Source of the DNA: Acidobacteriota bacterium
GTDB lineage: Bacteria; Acidobacteriota; Thermoanaerobaculia; Gp7-AA8
NCBI GenBank assembly: GCA_019244185.1
Contig: JAFATB010000020.1
Coordinates: 64,001 to 128,000 of the forward strand
Length of the DNA: 64,000 bases
Reading direction: 5' to 3'
The position numbers and the translations under genes were made by a program. Positions 1-8,760 of the stretch are shown here, one piece after another; within the stretch, counting starts at the first letter, position 1; the number at the start of each line of letters is the position of its first letter. Below the pieces are notes generated by a model, which saw only the letters and a list, made by a program, of their open reading frames with translations, was not told where the DNA came from and searched no databases.

Positions 1-190
1 TCTGGTTTTCGTGCGACTGATTCTGGTTTTCATCCCGGAATTTCTGGCTTTCATGCGACCGGTTCTGGCTTTCATCCCGGAACTTCTCGCATTCATGCGA
101 CGGGTTCCGAGGTTCATTCCAGAACTTCTCGCATTCATGCCACCAGCGCCGACGTTCTTCCGTCGCTTCCGGCGTTCACGCCACCGATCT
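1..190. repeat. Degenerate 21-bp tandem repeat (42-bp higher-order period), cut by the window edge
   Basis: Units such as ttctggttttcatcccggaat, ttctggctttcatgcgaccgg and ttctggctttcatcccggaac; seven clear units in 1-146, decaying to about 190. Confidence 0.85.
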
Positions 191-257
191 GCACGTGATG
201 AGTCGTTTCTGGCGTGCTAATCGCGCGCCGCGCGAGCTGCTCGCGTGCTGACGGCGA

Positions 258-899
258 CTACGTGAGTCGGATCCCCGCTAGCCACGCTGGTGCGCCGTGC
301 TCGCCGTGGAAGCGCGTATAGACGCGATCGGATTCGATGCGGAGGACGGTCCAGCCGCTGTCCGAGGGAAACGCGGCGAGCAGTTCCCGTTCGCTGACGG
401 GATGCGGACCGATGTCGGGACCCTGGTCGCTGAAGCAGAGGATGTAGAGCATTCCATCGCGCGTGGTCACGGACGCGACGCTGGCGACGTAGCGCGGGCG
501 CTCGTCGGCGTCGCAGGTGTGAAAGAGGCCGCAGTCGAGCACCGTGTCGAACGTGCGGCCGAGGCGTTCGAGTGCAAACGCATCGGCGACGGCGAAGTCC
601 GCGTCGAGGCCGCGGTCGGTCGCTTTCTTGCGCGCGATGGCGATCGCGGTCTCCGCGACGTCGACGCCGAGGACCGGCAAGCCGAGCGAGGCGACGAGCA
701 GCGCGTGCTCGCCGGTGCCGCAGCCAGCATCGAGCACCGCGCCGTGAAACGCGCCGGCATGCGCGAGACGCACGAACGCAGGCTGCGGCGCGCCGATGTC
801 CCACGGCGCGGGACCGTCGTGATACGACGCATCCCACGGGCGTCCGGTCATGCGCTCGTGGCTCGTGGGCTGCCGTCCGCCAAACGGGTCATTTGACAT
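258..899 (-). CDS. Class I SAM-dependent methyltransferase
   Basis: C-terminal part of ORF 258..1964; PWDIG motif, VLDAGCGTG motif I, FDTVLDCGLFH; start MSNDPF at 899. Confidence 0.9.
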   Translation of the reverse strand: MSNDPFGGRQPTSHERMTGRPWDASYHDGPAPWDIGAPQPAFVRLAHAGAFHGAVLDAGCGTGEHALLVASLGLPVLGVDVAETAIAIARKKATDRGLDADFAVADAFALERLGRTFDTVLDCGLFHTCDADERPRYVASVASVTTRDGMLYILCFSDQGPDIGPHPVSERELLAAFPSDSGWTVLRIESDRVYTRFHGEHGAPAWLAGIRLT

Positions 900-959
900 G
901 TCGCGGGATTTTGCCACGCGCCGGAACATCCGAAGACGCCGCACGCGCGTAAGGAGTGC

Positions 960-1616
960 GTGAGCTCGCAACGAGGCGTCGGTATGCTCGCCGCGGTCGT
1001 CGCCGTCGGCTATCTCGTCATCGGCGTGACGCACTTCTGTCTTCCCGCGCGCCAGCTGCAGGGCGCGGCGTCGCTGTTCGCGTCGCTCGCGCGCGACGGC
1101 AACGCGATCTTCCGCGTGCACTACTGGGCGTTCGCGATCACTTCCCTCTTGGCAATGGCGCTCGTCGTGAGCGTCCGTCCCGAGCGCGGTGAGCCCGATC
1201 TGTTTCTCCAGGTCGCGCGCGTCTGGGCACTCCTCGCCTTCGCCGTGACCGCCGTCGATTTTCTCTACGTCCAGCAACGCGCGCTGACGATCGCCGAACA
1301 GTGGAACTCGCTCGACGCGAGCAGCCAACAAGCCCTCCTCGTCCTCGGCACCGGCCGCATCGACGCGACGTGGTTCATCGGCTTTGCCGCGCTCGCGCCG
1401 TGGCCGATCGCTCTGTCGCGCGCGGCGCGCCGCTCCGGCGTCTGGCCGCGCGCGACGCGGGTCGCCGCGTATCTCGTGTCCATCGACGCGCTCTGCGTGA
1501 GCCTCGGCGCGCTCGCGCATCAGTTCCTCTTCGTCAACCTCGCCGCCGCCGGCGCGATCGTCGTCACGCCGGCGTTCTTCGTCCTCATGTCGCGGCAATC
1601 GCTGCGCGCCGACTGA
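960..1616 (+). CDS. Multi-pass membrane protein (DUF4386-like)
   Basis: 218 aa with about six hydrophobic segments; AAGGAG upstream. Confidence 0.7.
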   Translation: MSSQRGVGMLAAVVAVGYLVIGVTHFCLPARQLQGAASLFASLARDGNAIFRVHYWAFAITSLLAMALVVSVRPERGEPDLFLQVARVWALLAFAVTAVDFLYVQQRALTIAEQWNSLDASSQQALLVLGTGRIDATWFIGFAALAPWPIALSRAARRSGVWPRATRVAAYLVSIDALCVSLGALAHQFLFVNLAAAGAIVVTPAFFVLMSRQSLRAD

Positions 1617-1633
1617 AGCGCGCGACCGCCAGG

Positions 1634-1861
1634 TCACCGCGGCAGCGCTTCGATCCCCTTCAGCACGAGCAGCGTGTTGCGGCGATCCCACGCGCCGAGC
1701 GCGAAGAGGCCGAGGAGGACGATCGAGTATGTGGCGACGGCGGAGAGAAGCAGGAGGACGAAGGCGGCGGCGAAGCACCACAGCTTGAAGTGCGACTGCG
1801 CGCGATCGATGCGGTCGAGGGTGGCGCGGCGGACGGGGTCGAGATTCGTTTCGGTGACCAT
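1634..1861 (-). CDS. Small membrane protein downstream of an ECF sigma remnant
   Basis: 75 aa, two hydrophobic stretches, strong AAGGAG RBS before the ATG. Confidence 0.65.
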   Translation of the reverse strand: MVTETNLDPVRRATLDRIDRAQSHFKLWCFAAAFVLLLLSAVATYSIVLLGLFALGAWDRRNTLLVLKGIEALPR

Positions 1862-1960
1862 CGATATCTCCTTCAGTGTTTGTGGCAGCGATGTAGAGCA
1901 CGAGCGGGATGAGCACGAGGGCTTCGAGAACGACGTAGGTCCAGACCATGGTGTTTTGCT

Positions 1961-2298
1961 TCACGCGAGTTCCAGTGCGCGGCGGAGGCAGCGCAGGCCG
2001 TACGCGAGTCGCGACTTCGCGGTGCCGGGAGCGATGGCGAGGATGTCCGCGGTTTCCTGCAGCGTCAGTCCGTGTTCGTAATGCAGCGTGAGCACGGCAC
2101 GGCTTGCGGGTGACAGCGCGTCGAGATGTGCGGGCAGCGCGTCGAGCAGCGCCTCGACCTCGCGCGGCACTTCTTCGATCTGTGCAGCGACGTCAACATC
2201 GAGCGGCTCCTCATTGCGGCGGCGGCGCAACTTGCGCAACCGGCGGAACGCCTCGCGCGATGCGATGCGAATCGCCCACGCTTCGAAGAGCGCCGGCG
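1961..2298 (-). pseudogene. ECF RNA polymerase sigma factor, 5'-truncated
   Basis: Reads PALFEAWAIRIASREAFRRLRK (end of region 2) then a complete region 4 (LTLHYEHGLTLQETADILAIAPGTAKSRL); the N-terminus is replaced by the palindrome at 2299. Confidence 0.8.
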
Positions 2299-2413
2299 GG
2301 CGCGGCCGGCTGCGCTAAGGGCATAGCCGATTCGCACGTGCGGCTGCACTGAACTTCATCGAAAGCAGCCGCACGTGTTGCCTGGCTATGCCCTTAGCGC
2401 AGCCGGCCGCGCC
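2299..2413. repeat. Nested inverted repeat (REPIN/MITE-like hairpin element)
   Basis: Perfect 30-bp arms 2299-2328 and 2384-2413, inner perfect 13-bp arms 2335-2347 and 2365-2377, 17-nt loop. Confidence 0.9.
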
Positions 2414-2454
2414 GGCCCTTGCTGCGCGCATCGTTTGCATGTAAAAAGCGCCGC

Positions 2455-3873
2455 ATGGCGCAAGTACATGAAGTCGTAATGCCGCAGATGGGCGAGTCGA
2501 TCGCCGAGGGAACCGTGTCGCGCTGGCTGAAGAAGGTCGGCGACAAGGTCGAACGCGACGAGCCGCTGCTCGAGATCTCCACCGACAAAGTCGACGCGGA
2601 GATCCCCTCGCCCGCCGCCGGCGTCCTCACCGAAATCCTCGTCAAAGAAGGCGACACCGTCCCGGTCAACGCTCCGGTCGCGCGTATCGCGCCGGAAGGC
2701 GCTGCATCCGCCGCCGCACCGGAACCCGCCGCGGCTCCCGCTCCCGCGACAGAGCCCGAGCAGCAGGCCGCCGCACAGTCGACCGCGCAGGAAGTGAAGC
2801 AGGAGGCGCCCGCCGCCCAACCCGCGCAAGCACCCGCACCGGCGCCGGCACCGCAGGCGTCGCAGCCCGCGGAAAGCGAATCCGCCGACGACGAGAACAT
2901 CACCTCGCTCGATGAACGGCGCCGCACCAAGTCGTCGCCGCTCGTCCGCAAGATCGCCAAAGAAAACAACGTCGACATCTCGCAGATCTCCGGCACCGGA
3001 GTCTCCGGACGCGTGACGAAGAACGACATCCTCGACTTCCTCCAGCAGCCGAAGCCGGCCGCGGCATCGCAGCCGTCGCAGCAGCAGCCGGCCGCCGCCG
3101 CATCCGCGGCATCGCAGCCGAGCGAGGCGCCGCAGGCGCGCGCGCCGCGTCCGGCGCCGTCGTTCGCGGAAGGAGAAAGCGTCCGCCTCGAGCCGCTCTC
3201 GGTGATGCGCAAGCGCATCGCGCAGCACATGATCCAGTCGAAGCAGACCTCGGCGCACGTCACGACCGTCTTCGAGGTCGACTTCACCGCCGTCGACAAG
3301 CTGCGCCGGCAGAACAAAGACGCCTACGCCGAGCGCGGCGTCAAGCTCACGTACCTCCCCTTCATCGTGCAGGCGGTCATCGCCGGCCTGCGCGAGTTCC
3401 CGGTGCTCAATGCGTCGATGGACGAGCACAACGTCGTCTATCACCGCGAGCTGAACATCGGCATCGCCGTCGCGCTCGAGTGGGGTCTCATCGTCCCCGT
3501 GCTCAAGCGCGCGGACGAGCTGAACGTCCTCGGCGTCGCGCGCGCCGTCAACGACCTCGGCGACCGCGCGCGCGCGAAGAAGCTCGCGCCGGACGACGTG
3601 CAGGGCGGCACGTTCACCATCACGAACCCCGGCATCTTCGGAAGCCTCTTCGGCACGCCGATCATCAATCAGCCGCAGGTGGCCATCCTCGGCGTCGGCG
3701 GCGTGAAGAAGCGCCCGGTGGTCGTCGAGACGAAGGAAGGCGACTTCATCGCCATCCGCTCGATGTGCTACCTCGCGCTGACCTTCGATCACCGCCTCAT
3801 CGACGGCGCGGTCGCCGACCAATTCATGGCGCGCGTCAAGGCGATCATCGAGAGCGGCCAGTTCACGATGTAA
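2455..3873 (+). CDS. sucB: 2-oxoacid dehydrogenase E2, dihydrolipoamide acyltransferase (SucB/DlaT type)
   Basis: Lipoyl domain (EISTDKVDAEIPSP), Pro/Ala linkers, E3-binding domain (SPLVRKIAKE...GTGVSGRVTKND), catalytic DHRLIDG. Confidence 0.92.
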   Translation: MAQVHEVVMPQMGESIAEGTVSRWLKKVGDKVERDEPLLEISTDKVDAEIPSPAAGVLTEILVKEGDTVPVNAPVARIAPEGAASAAAPEPAAAPAPATEPEQQAAAQSTAQEVKQEAPAAQPAQAPAPAPAPQASQPAESESADDENITSLDERRRTKSSPLVRKIAKENNVDISQISGTGVSGRVTKNDILDFLQQPKPAAASQPSQQQPAAAASAASQPSEAPQARAPRPAPSFAEGESVRLEPLSVMRKRIAQHMIQSKQTSAHVTTVFEVDFTAVDKLRRQNKDAYAERGVKLTYLPFIVQAVIAGLREFPVLNASMDEHNVVYHRELNIGIAVALEWGLIVPVLKRADELNVLGVARAVNDLGDRARAKKLAPDDVQGGTFTITNPGIFGSLFGTPIINQPQVAILGVGGVKKRPVVVETKEGDFIAIRSMCYLALTFDHRLIDGAVADQFMARVKAIIESGQFTM

Positions 3874-3916
3874 ACATCGGGAACTCCAGCGCATGCGGAA
3901 ACGTTATGGAGGCGGC

Positions 3917-5695
3917 GTGAAGCGCCTCCTCGTTTCCCTGCTCCTCGCCGCGGCGGCCGTTTCCGCGCAGGCGCAGTTCGTCCCGCCGGTGCCGAAAGGC
4001 ATCGTGCGCGACGGCTCGCCGCACGTGCCGAAGCGGCCGATCGCATTTCCTTCCGCGGACGAAGCGTGGCTGCGCGCGCGCTCGCCGCATTTCGTGGTCA
4101 TCAGCAGCGCGAGCGAGACGCGCACGCGCAACATCGTCACGGATCTCGAAACGCTGGCCGAGGTGCTGACGCAGACGAGCACGAGATTCCAGCGAGCGAC
4201 GACGCCGACGACCGTGTTCGTCTTCGCGAACCGCGCCGAGAGCCAGCCGTACTTCGATCTCCTCCTCGGCCGCGAGAGCTCCCCCGCCACCGGCGTCTAC
4301 GTGCACCACGACGCCGGCGGCACGATGTTCATCGACACCGCGCAGCGCCGCTTCACGCGCACCGCGATTCACGAGCTCATCCACGACCTGCTGCGCCAGG
4401 GCGACGCCGTGCCGCCGCTGTGGATCGAGGAAGGCATGGCCGAGTACTTCAGCACCGCGCACATCGAGAAAGACGGCGTCGTAGCGGGCTTCCCGATCTC
4501 GGAACACGTGGCGCTGCTGCAGCGCATGCAGCTGCGGCCGATCGAGGAGATGTTCGCGACGAAGAGCGACTCCGACGCCGCTGCATCGACCTACTTTTAC
4601 GCGGAGAGCTGGGCCGCGGTCGACTGGCTGATGCAGCAGAACGCCGACGCGTTCTACGCCTTCCTGCACGACCTCGAGCTCGGCATCGACACCGGCGTCG
4701 CGCTCGAAGCGCATTACGGCAAGTCGCTCGACGATCTGCGCCGCGCGCTGCGCGGCAGCAGCCGCGACGGCGAGATGGTGCGGCTGCGTGGGAGCATCGG
4801 CGATCCCGCGGTCGACGTCGCGCCGCTCGATCGCGCGTCGCTGCTCTGCGAGCTCGGCATGTTCCTGCAGCACGTCGAAGGAGCCGAGAAAGACGCGGAG
4901 CGCCATCTGCGCGCGGCGCTCGACGAGAACCCGCGCCACGCGCGCGCGCTTGCCGCGCTCGGCGACTTCGAGGCCGCCATCGCCGCAGATCCGATCGACG
5001 CGGACATTCACCTCCGCTACGCCGAGTTCCTCATGCAGCGCGCGATCGGGCCGTTCGCCGGCATCTACGAAGTCGCGCCGGGCGACCTCGCTCCGTTCCG
5101 CAAGGCGCGCGTGCTCGCCGAACGCGCGCTCGCGCTCGGCGGCGACGAGGCGCGCGCCCGCGGCGCGATTGGCGCGAGCTATCTCGTCGAGGACGACTTC
5201 GCTCCCGGCATCGCGCCGCTCGAACGCGCTGTCGTGCTCGCGCCCACGCGCTACGACTACGCCGTGCATCTGTATGCGATGCTGCTGCGCGGCGGTCAGC
5301 GCGCGAAAGCCGATGCGCTCTACGCGCGCGTCTTCGAGCGCGCGCGCGATCCGCAGGCCGTCTTCGCCGCGCGTAACGTACGCCTGCGCGTCGAGAGCGA
5401 CCGCGCCACCGCGCTCGCGAAAGCGGGCAAGCTCGACGAGGCCGCGACCATCGTGCGCCAGCTCGCGTCGACCATCGGCGATCCGTCCGCGCGGCGCGAG
5501 CTCGAACAGCAGGCCGCGTCGCTCGCCGCCACCGCCGCCGTCAACCGGCAGATCGCGATGTACAACCAGGCCATCGTCGCCGCGAACTCGGGCCAGAAGC
5601 GTGAAGCGCGGCGCATCATCGACGAGCTGCTGCGCATCGCCACCGATCCCAACGTTCTCCGCGACGCGAAGAAACTGCGCGAGGAAGTGCGGTGA
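3917..5695 (+). CDS. Secreted gluzincin-like (DUF1570-type) protein with TPR-like repeats
   Basis: Signal peptide, HELIH plus PLWIEEGMAEYF, helical repeat C-terminus; GTG start after GGAGG. Confidence 0.75.
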   Translation: MKRLLVSLLLAAAAVSAQAQFVPPVPKGIVRDGSPHVPKRPIAFPSADEAWLRARSPHFVVISSASETRTRNIVTDLETLAEVLTQTSTRFQRATTPTTVFVFANRAESQPYFDLLLGRESSPATGVYVHHDAGGTMFIDTAQRRFTRTAIHELIHDLLRQGDAVPPLWIEEGMAEYFSTAHIEKDGVVAGFPISEHVALLQRMQLRPIEEMFATKSDSDAAASTYFYAESWAAVDWLMQQNADAFYAFLHDLELGIDTGVALEAHYGKSLDDLRRALRGSSRDGEMVRLRGSIGDPAVDVAPLDRASLLCELGMFLQHVEGAEKDAERHLRAALDENPRHARALAALGDFEAAIAADPIDADIHLRYAEFLMQRAIGPFAGIYEVAPGDLAPFRKARVLAERALALGGDEARARGAIGASYLVEDDFAPGIAPLERAVVLAPTRYDYAVHLYAMLLRGGQRAKADALYARVFERARDPQAVFAARNVRLRVESDRATALAKAGKLDEAATIVRQLASTIGDPSARRELEQQAASLAATAAVNRQIAMYNQAIVAANSGQKREARRIIDELLRIATDPNVLRDAKKLREEVR

Positions 5696-6792
5696 CCGAT
5701 CCGCGCACCTGCGACGTGCATCGCCTCCATCTCGTCACGTACGAGAACGGGCTGAAGCTGCAGGAGAAGCTCGTCGAGCTGCGGCAGCGCGAGGCGATCG
5801 GCGATCAGCTGCTGCTCCTCGAACATCCGCCGGTGATCACGCTCGGCCGCGGCGGCAAGCTCGATCATCTCCTCGCCTCGCCTGCCGCGCTCGGCGCGAA
5901 CGGCGTGCGCTTCTACGAGACCACCCGCGGCGGCGACATCACGTATCACGGTCCCGGCCAGCTCGTCGGCTATCCGATCCTGCACCTCGGCGAAGGCAAT
6001 CGCGACATCCGCAAGTACGTGACGAACCTCGAGGAAGTGCTGATTCGCACGGTCGCCGAGTACGGCATCACCGCGACGCGCGTCGAAGGGCGGCGCGGCA
6101 TCTGGGTCGGCAACGACAAGATCGCGGCCATCGGCGTGCGTATCGCCCGCTGGGTCACCTCGCACGGCTGGGCGCTGAACGTGAACACGAACCTCGAGCA
6201 CTTCCGGCTCATCACGCCGTGCGGACTGCACGGCACCGGCGTCACCTCGATCGCGCGCGAGACGGGACGTTCGATCGCGATGAACGATGTCCGCGAGGTG
6301 CTCGCCGCCAAGTTCGCGGAAGTCTTCACCCGCACGCTCGTGCCGCGCGAGGAAACGCTGCGGCTCGTGAAGATCCTCGTGCACGATCCTTCGCAAGACA
6401 ACGTCCGAGTGCTGTTGCTCCATCGCAAGCCGCAGCGCGGCGACTTCTGGCAGCCGATCACCGGCTCCATCGAGCCCGACGAAGCGCCCGACGCCACCGC
6501 GCGCCGCGAGCTCGTCGAAGAAACGGGACACGCCGGCGAGCCGCGGCCGCTCGAGCTCGTGCAGTCGTTCATGATCGAGTCGCACTATCTCGAGTCGCGC
6601 GGGTTCACGCCGCCCATCATCGCCAGCGAGATCTGCTACACCGCGGCGCTCGACGCGCGGCTGCCGATCCGCCTCGACGCGGACGAGCACGACGACTACG
6701 GCTGGTTTACGCTCGACGAGGCGTATGAAAGGATTCGGTGGACCGACGACCGCGAGGCGCTCGAACGGTTCCAACGACTCGCAAACGCATGA
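5692..6792 (+). CDS. lipB: Octanoyltransferase LipB fused to a C-terminal Nudix hydrolase
   Basis: LLEHPPVITLG, RGGDITYHGPGQ, KIAAIG, HGWALN, ITPCG; then FWQPITGSIEPDEAPDATARRELVEETG Nudix box in the same frame. Confidence 0.92.
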   Translation: MTDPRTCDVHRLHLVTYENGLKLQEKLVELRQREAIGDQLLLLEHPPVITLGRGGKLDHLLASPAALGANGVRFYETTRGGDITYHGPGQLVGYPILHLGEGNRDIRKYVTNLEEVLIRTVAEYGITATRVEGRRGIWVGNDKIAAIGVRIARWVTSHGWALNVNTNLEHFRLITPCGLHGTGVTSIARETGRSIAMNDVREVLAAKFAEVFTRTLVPREETLRLVKILVHDPSQDNVRVLLLHRKPQRGDFWQPITGSIEPDEAPDATARRELVEETGHAGEPRPLELVQSFMIESHYLESRGFTPPIIASEICYTAALDARLPIRLDADEHDDYGWFTLDEAYERIRWTDDREALERFQRLANA

Positions 6793-7658
6793 CACCGATC
6801 AACAAACGCGCGGGACAGCGGCCGGAATGGCTGAAGGTGCGCGTGCCGGGCAACCTCGACGCGCTGCCGGTCTCGCATCTCATCAACGATCTCAAGCTCA
6901 ACACCGTCTGCCAGGAAGCGCGCTGCCCGAACATCTTCGAATGCTGGGCTGCCGGCACGGCGACGTTCATGATCCTCGGCGAGATCTGCACGCGCCGCTG
7001 CACGTTCTGCGCGGTCGGCCGCGGCGTCCCCTCGCCGGTCGATGACGACGAGCCGCGCCGCGTCGCCGAAGCCGTCGAGACCATGCGCGTGAAGCACGCC
7101 GTCATCACGATGGTCAATCGCGACGACATGCCGGACGGCGGCGCGGAGCACGTCGCGCGCACCGTCGCCGCGGTCCGCGAGCGTACCGGCGCCGCGGTGG
7201 AAGTGCTCATCTCCGATCTCGAAGGCAACCGCGACGCGCTGCGCGTCGTCATCGATGCGCACCCCGAGGTACTCGCGCACAACATCGAAACCGTGCCGCG
7301 GCTGTATCCGGCGGTGCGGCCCGTCGCCAAGTACCAGCGCTCGCTCGACCTGCTGCGCTGGGCGCACGAGGCGAAGACGAACGGCATGCTGACGAAGTCG
7401 AGTCTGATGCTCGGCCTCGGCGAGACCGAGGACGAGATCCTCGACGTCGCGCGCGACCTGCGCGAAGCCGGCGTCGACATCTTCACGCTCGGGCAGTATC
7501 TCGCGCCGAGCGAGAAGAACCATCCGGTGCGGCGCTACTACACGCCGGAAGAGTTCGCGGAGCTCGGGAATCGCGCGCGGGCGCTCGGGTTTCATCACGT
7601 CGAGAGCGCGCCGCTCGTGCGGAGCTCGTATATGGCGCACCGCGCGGTTGGCGGATAG
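6789..7658 (+). CDS. lipA: Lipoyl synthase
   Basis: CQEARCPNIFEC, CTRRCTFC, C-terminal VRSSY; ATGA overlap with lipB. Confidence 0.97.
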   Translation: MTPINKRAGQRPEWLKVRVPGNLDALPVSHLINDLKLNTVCQEARCPNIFECWAAGTATFMILGEICTRRCTFCAVGRGVPSPVDDDEPRRVAEAVETMRVKHAVITMVNRDDMPDGGAEHVARTVAAVRERTGAAVEVLISDLEGNRDALRVVIDAHPEVLAHNIETVPRLYPAVRPVAKYQRSLDLLRWAHEAKTNGMLTKSSLMLGLGETEDEILDVARDLREAGVDIFTLGQYLAPSEKNHPVRRYYTPEEFAELGNRARALGFHHVESAPLVRSSYMAHRAVGG

Positions 7659-7671
7659 AATCGCCGTCCCG

Positions 7672-7950
7672 ATGCCGCGCGTGACGTTCGCTGATGTCGC
7701 GAAAGAAGGCGAATTTCCGGCGGGAACCACGCTCTTGTCGATCGCCGAGAAGCTGGACGTGCGCGTCAGCCACGTCTGCGGTGGCGACGGCGCGTGCGGG
7801 ACTTGCAGGATCGAAGTCGTCGACGGCTGGGACCAGCTCACGCCGCCGACGCCCGACGAGACGTACAAGGAGCTCGACCCGCCGTACCGGCTCAGTTGCC
7901 AGGCCCGGCTCCTCGGCAACGTCATCGTGAAAGTCGCAAAAATCGAGTGA
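7672..7950 (+). CDS. [2Fe-2S] ferredoxin
   Basis: CGGDGACGTC and RLSCQ motifs. Confidence 0.92.
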   Translation: MPRVTFADVAKEGEFPAGTTLLSIAEKLDVRVSHVCGGDGACGTCRIEVVDGWDQLTPPTPDETYKELDPPYRLSCQARLLGNVIVKVAKIE

Positions 7951-7960
7951 GAGGTAACGC

Positions 7961-8470
7961 ATGACCGCAGTCGAAACCGTTCCCACGAACCTCACCGCGC
8001 AGCAGCTCGGCCAGCTCTTCCAGTACACCGTCGAGGCGTACAAGACGTTCCAGAAGTTCGCCGAGAATCTGCCGAACCCCGTCGCGCGCGATCTCTTCAA
8101 GTTCTTCGCGATCGACGAGCGCACGAACCGCGACCTGCTCGAGATGAAAGTCGCCGCGACGGAAGGCGGCCGCGTCCGTGCCACGCTCGGCCCCGACCTC
8201 ATCTTCCAGGAGCTCCTCGAAGGCGAGATGTCGTTCCGCAACTCCGCCGAGTTCCTCATCGGCCGCGAGCGCGCGCTCCAGCGCCGCCTGCGCGACTACC
8301 TCGGCAACGCCACGCCCGCCGACCGTTCGCTGCTCGTCTACCTCGAGTCGTGCAAGCGCTCGCACGTCGTCGAGCTCGAACGCGAGCTCGAGCTCATCAA
8401 GAACGATCCCGACTGGTGGAAGCGCGAAGACGCCGAATACCGCCTCGTCCACGGCGCGTCGCCCGCATGA
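7961..8470 (+). CDS. Ferritin/rubrerythrin-like four-helix protein with degenerate metal ligands
   Basis: Pattern EAY..F...AE......RDLF..FA.DE and a second half ending L..CKRSH resembles rubrerythrin repeats. Confidence 0.6.
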   Translation: MTAVETVPTNLTAQQLGQLFQYTVEAYKTFQKFAENLPNPVARDLFKFFAIDERTNRDLLEMKVAATEGGRVRATLGPDLIFQELLEGEMSFRNSAEFLIGRERALQRRLRDYLGNATPADRSLLVYLESCKRSHVVELERELELIKNDPDWWKREDAEYRLVHGASPA

Positions 8471-8754
8471 ACCTCAGCCTCTCTCCCGAAGCCTCCGAGC
8501 ACCTCGGCCGCGATCTCGACGGCCGCGTGCTGCGCATTGCGTTCACCACCGGCTGCGGCGGCTCCGGCTATCGTCTGAGCTACGCGTCCGAGCCCGCGAC
8601 CGACGACGAGATCGTGCAACTCGACGGCGTCACCGTCGCGCTCGACAGCATGGCCGCGTCGCGACTCGATGGCGCCGTGATCGAATACGACGACGCCGAA
8701 GATGGTTATCTGCTCCAACATCCGGACGCGGTCACGGCGGTCTGGTGCGGTTAA
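8467..8754 (+). CDS. HesB/IscA-like Fe-S assembly accessory protein
   Basis: LRIAFTTGCGGSGYRL, DGVTVALD, LDGAVIEY, terminal WCG; ATGA overlap. Confidence 0.8.
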   Translation: MNLSLSPEASEHLGRDLDGRVLRIAFTTGCGGSGYRLSYASEPATDDEIVQLDGVTVALDSMAASRLDGAVIEYDDAEDGYLLQHPDAVTAVWCG

Positions 8755-8760
8755 CCCACA

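Noticed and set aside
1-146. CRISPR array
   Set aside because: Units are contiguous and degenerate with no unique spacers, and no cas genes are present.
258-1964. Single 568-aa ORF; likewise the full 11265..15095, 38821..40542 and 53027..54607 ORFs
   Set aside because: Only the C-terminal parts match families; the N-terminal extensions overlap other real genes.
2299-2413. Integron attC site
   Set aside because: No RYYYAAC/GTTRRRY core sites at the ends and no integrase or cassette array.
3880-3905. ECF-type promoter GGAACT-N16-CGTT
   Set aside because: The predicted start would fall within the RBS of the next gene; a chance match cannot be excluded.
8467-8754. Selenocysteine read-through in the HesB-like protein
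   Set aside because: The stop is TAA and there is no in-frame TGA.
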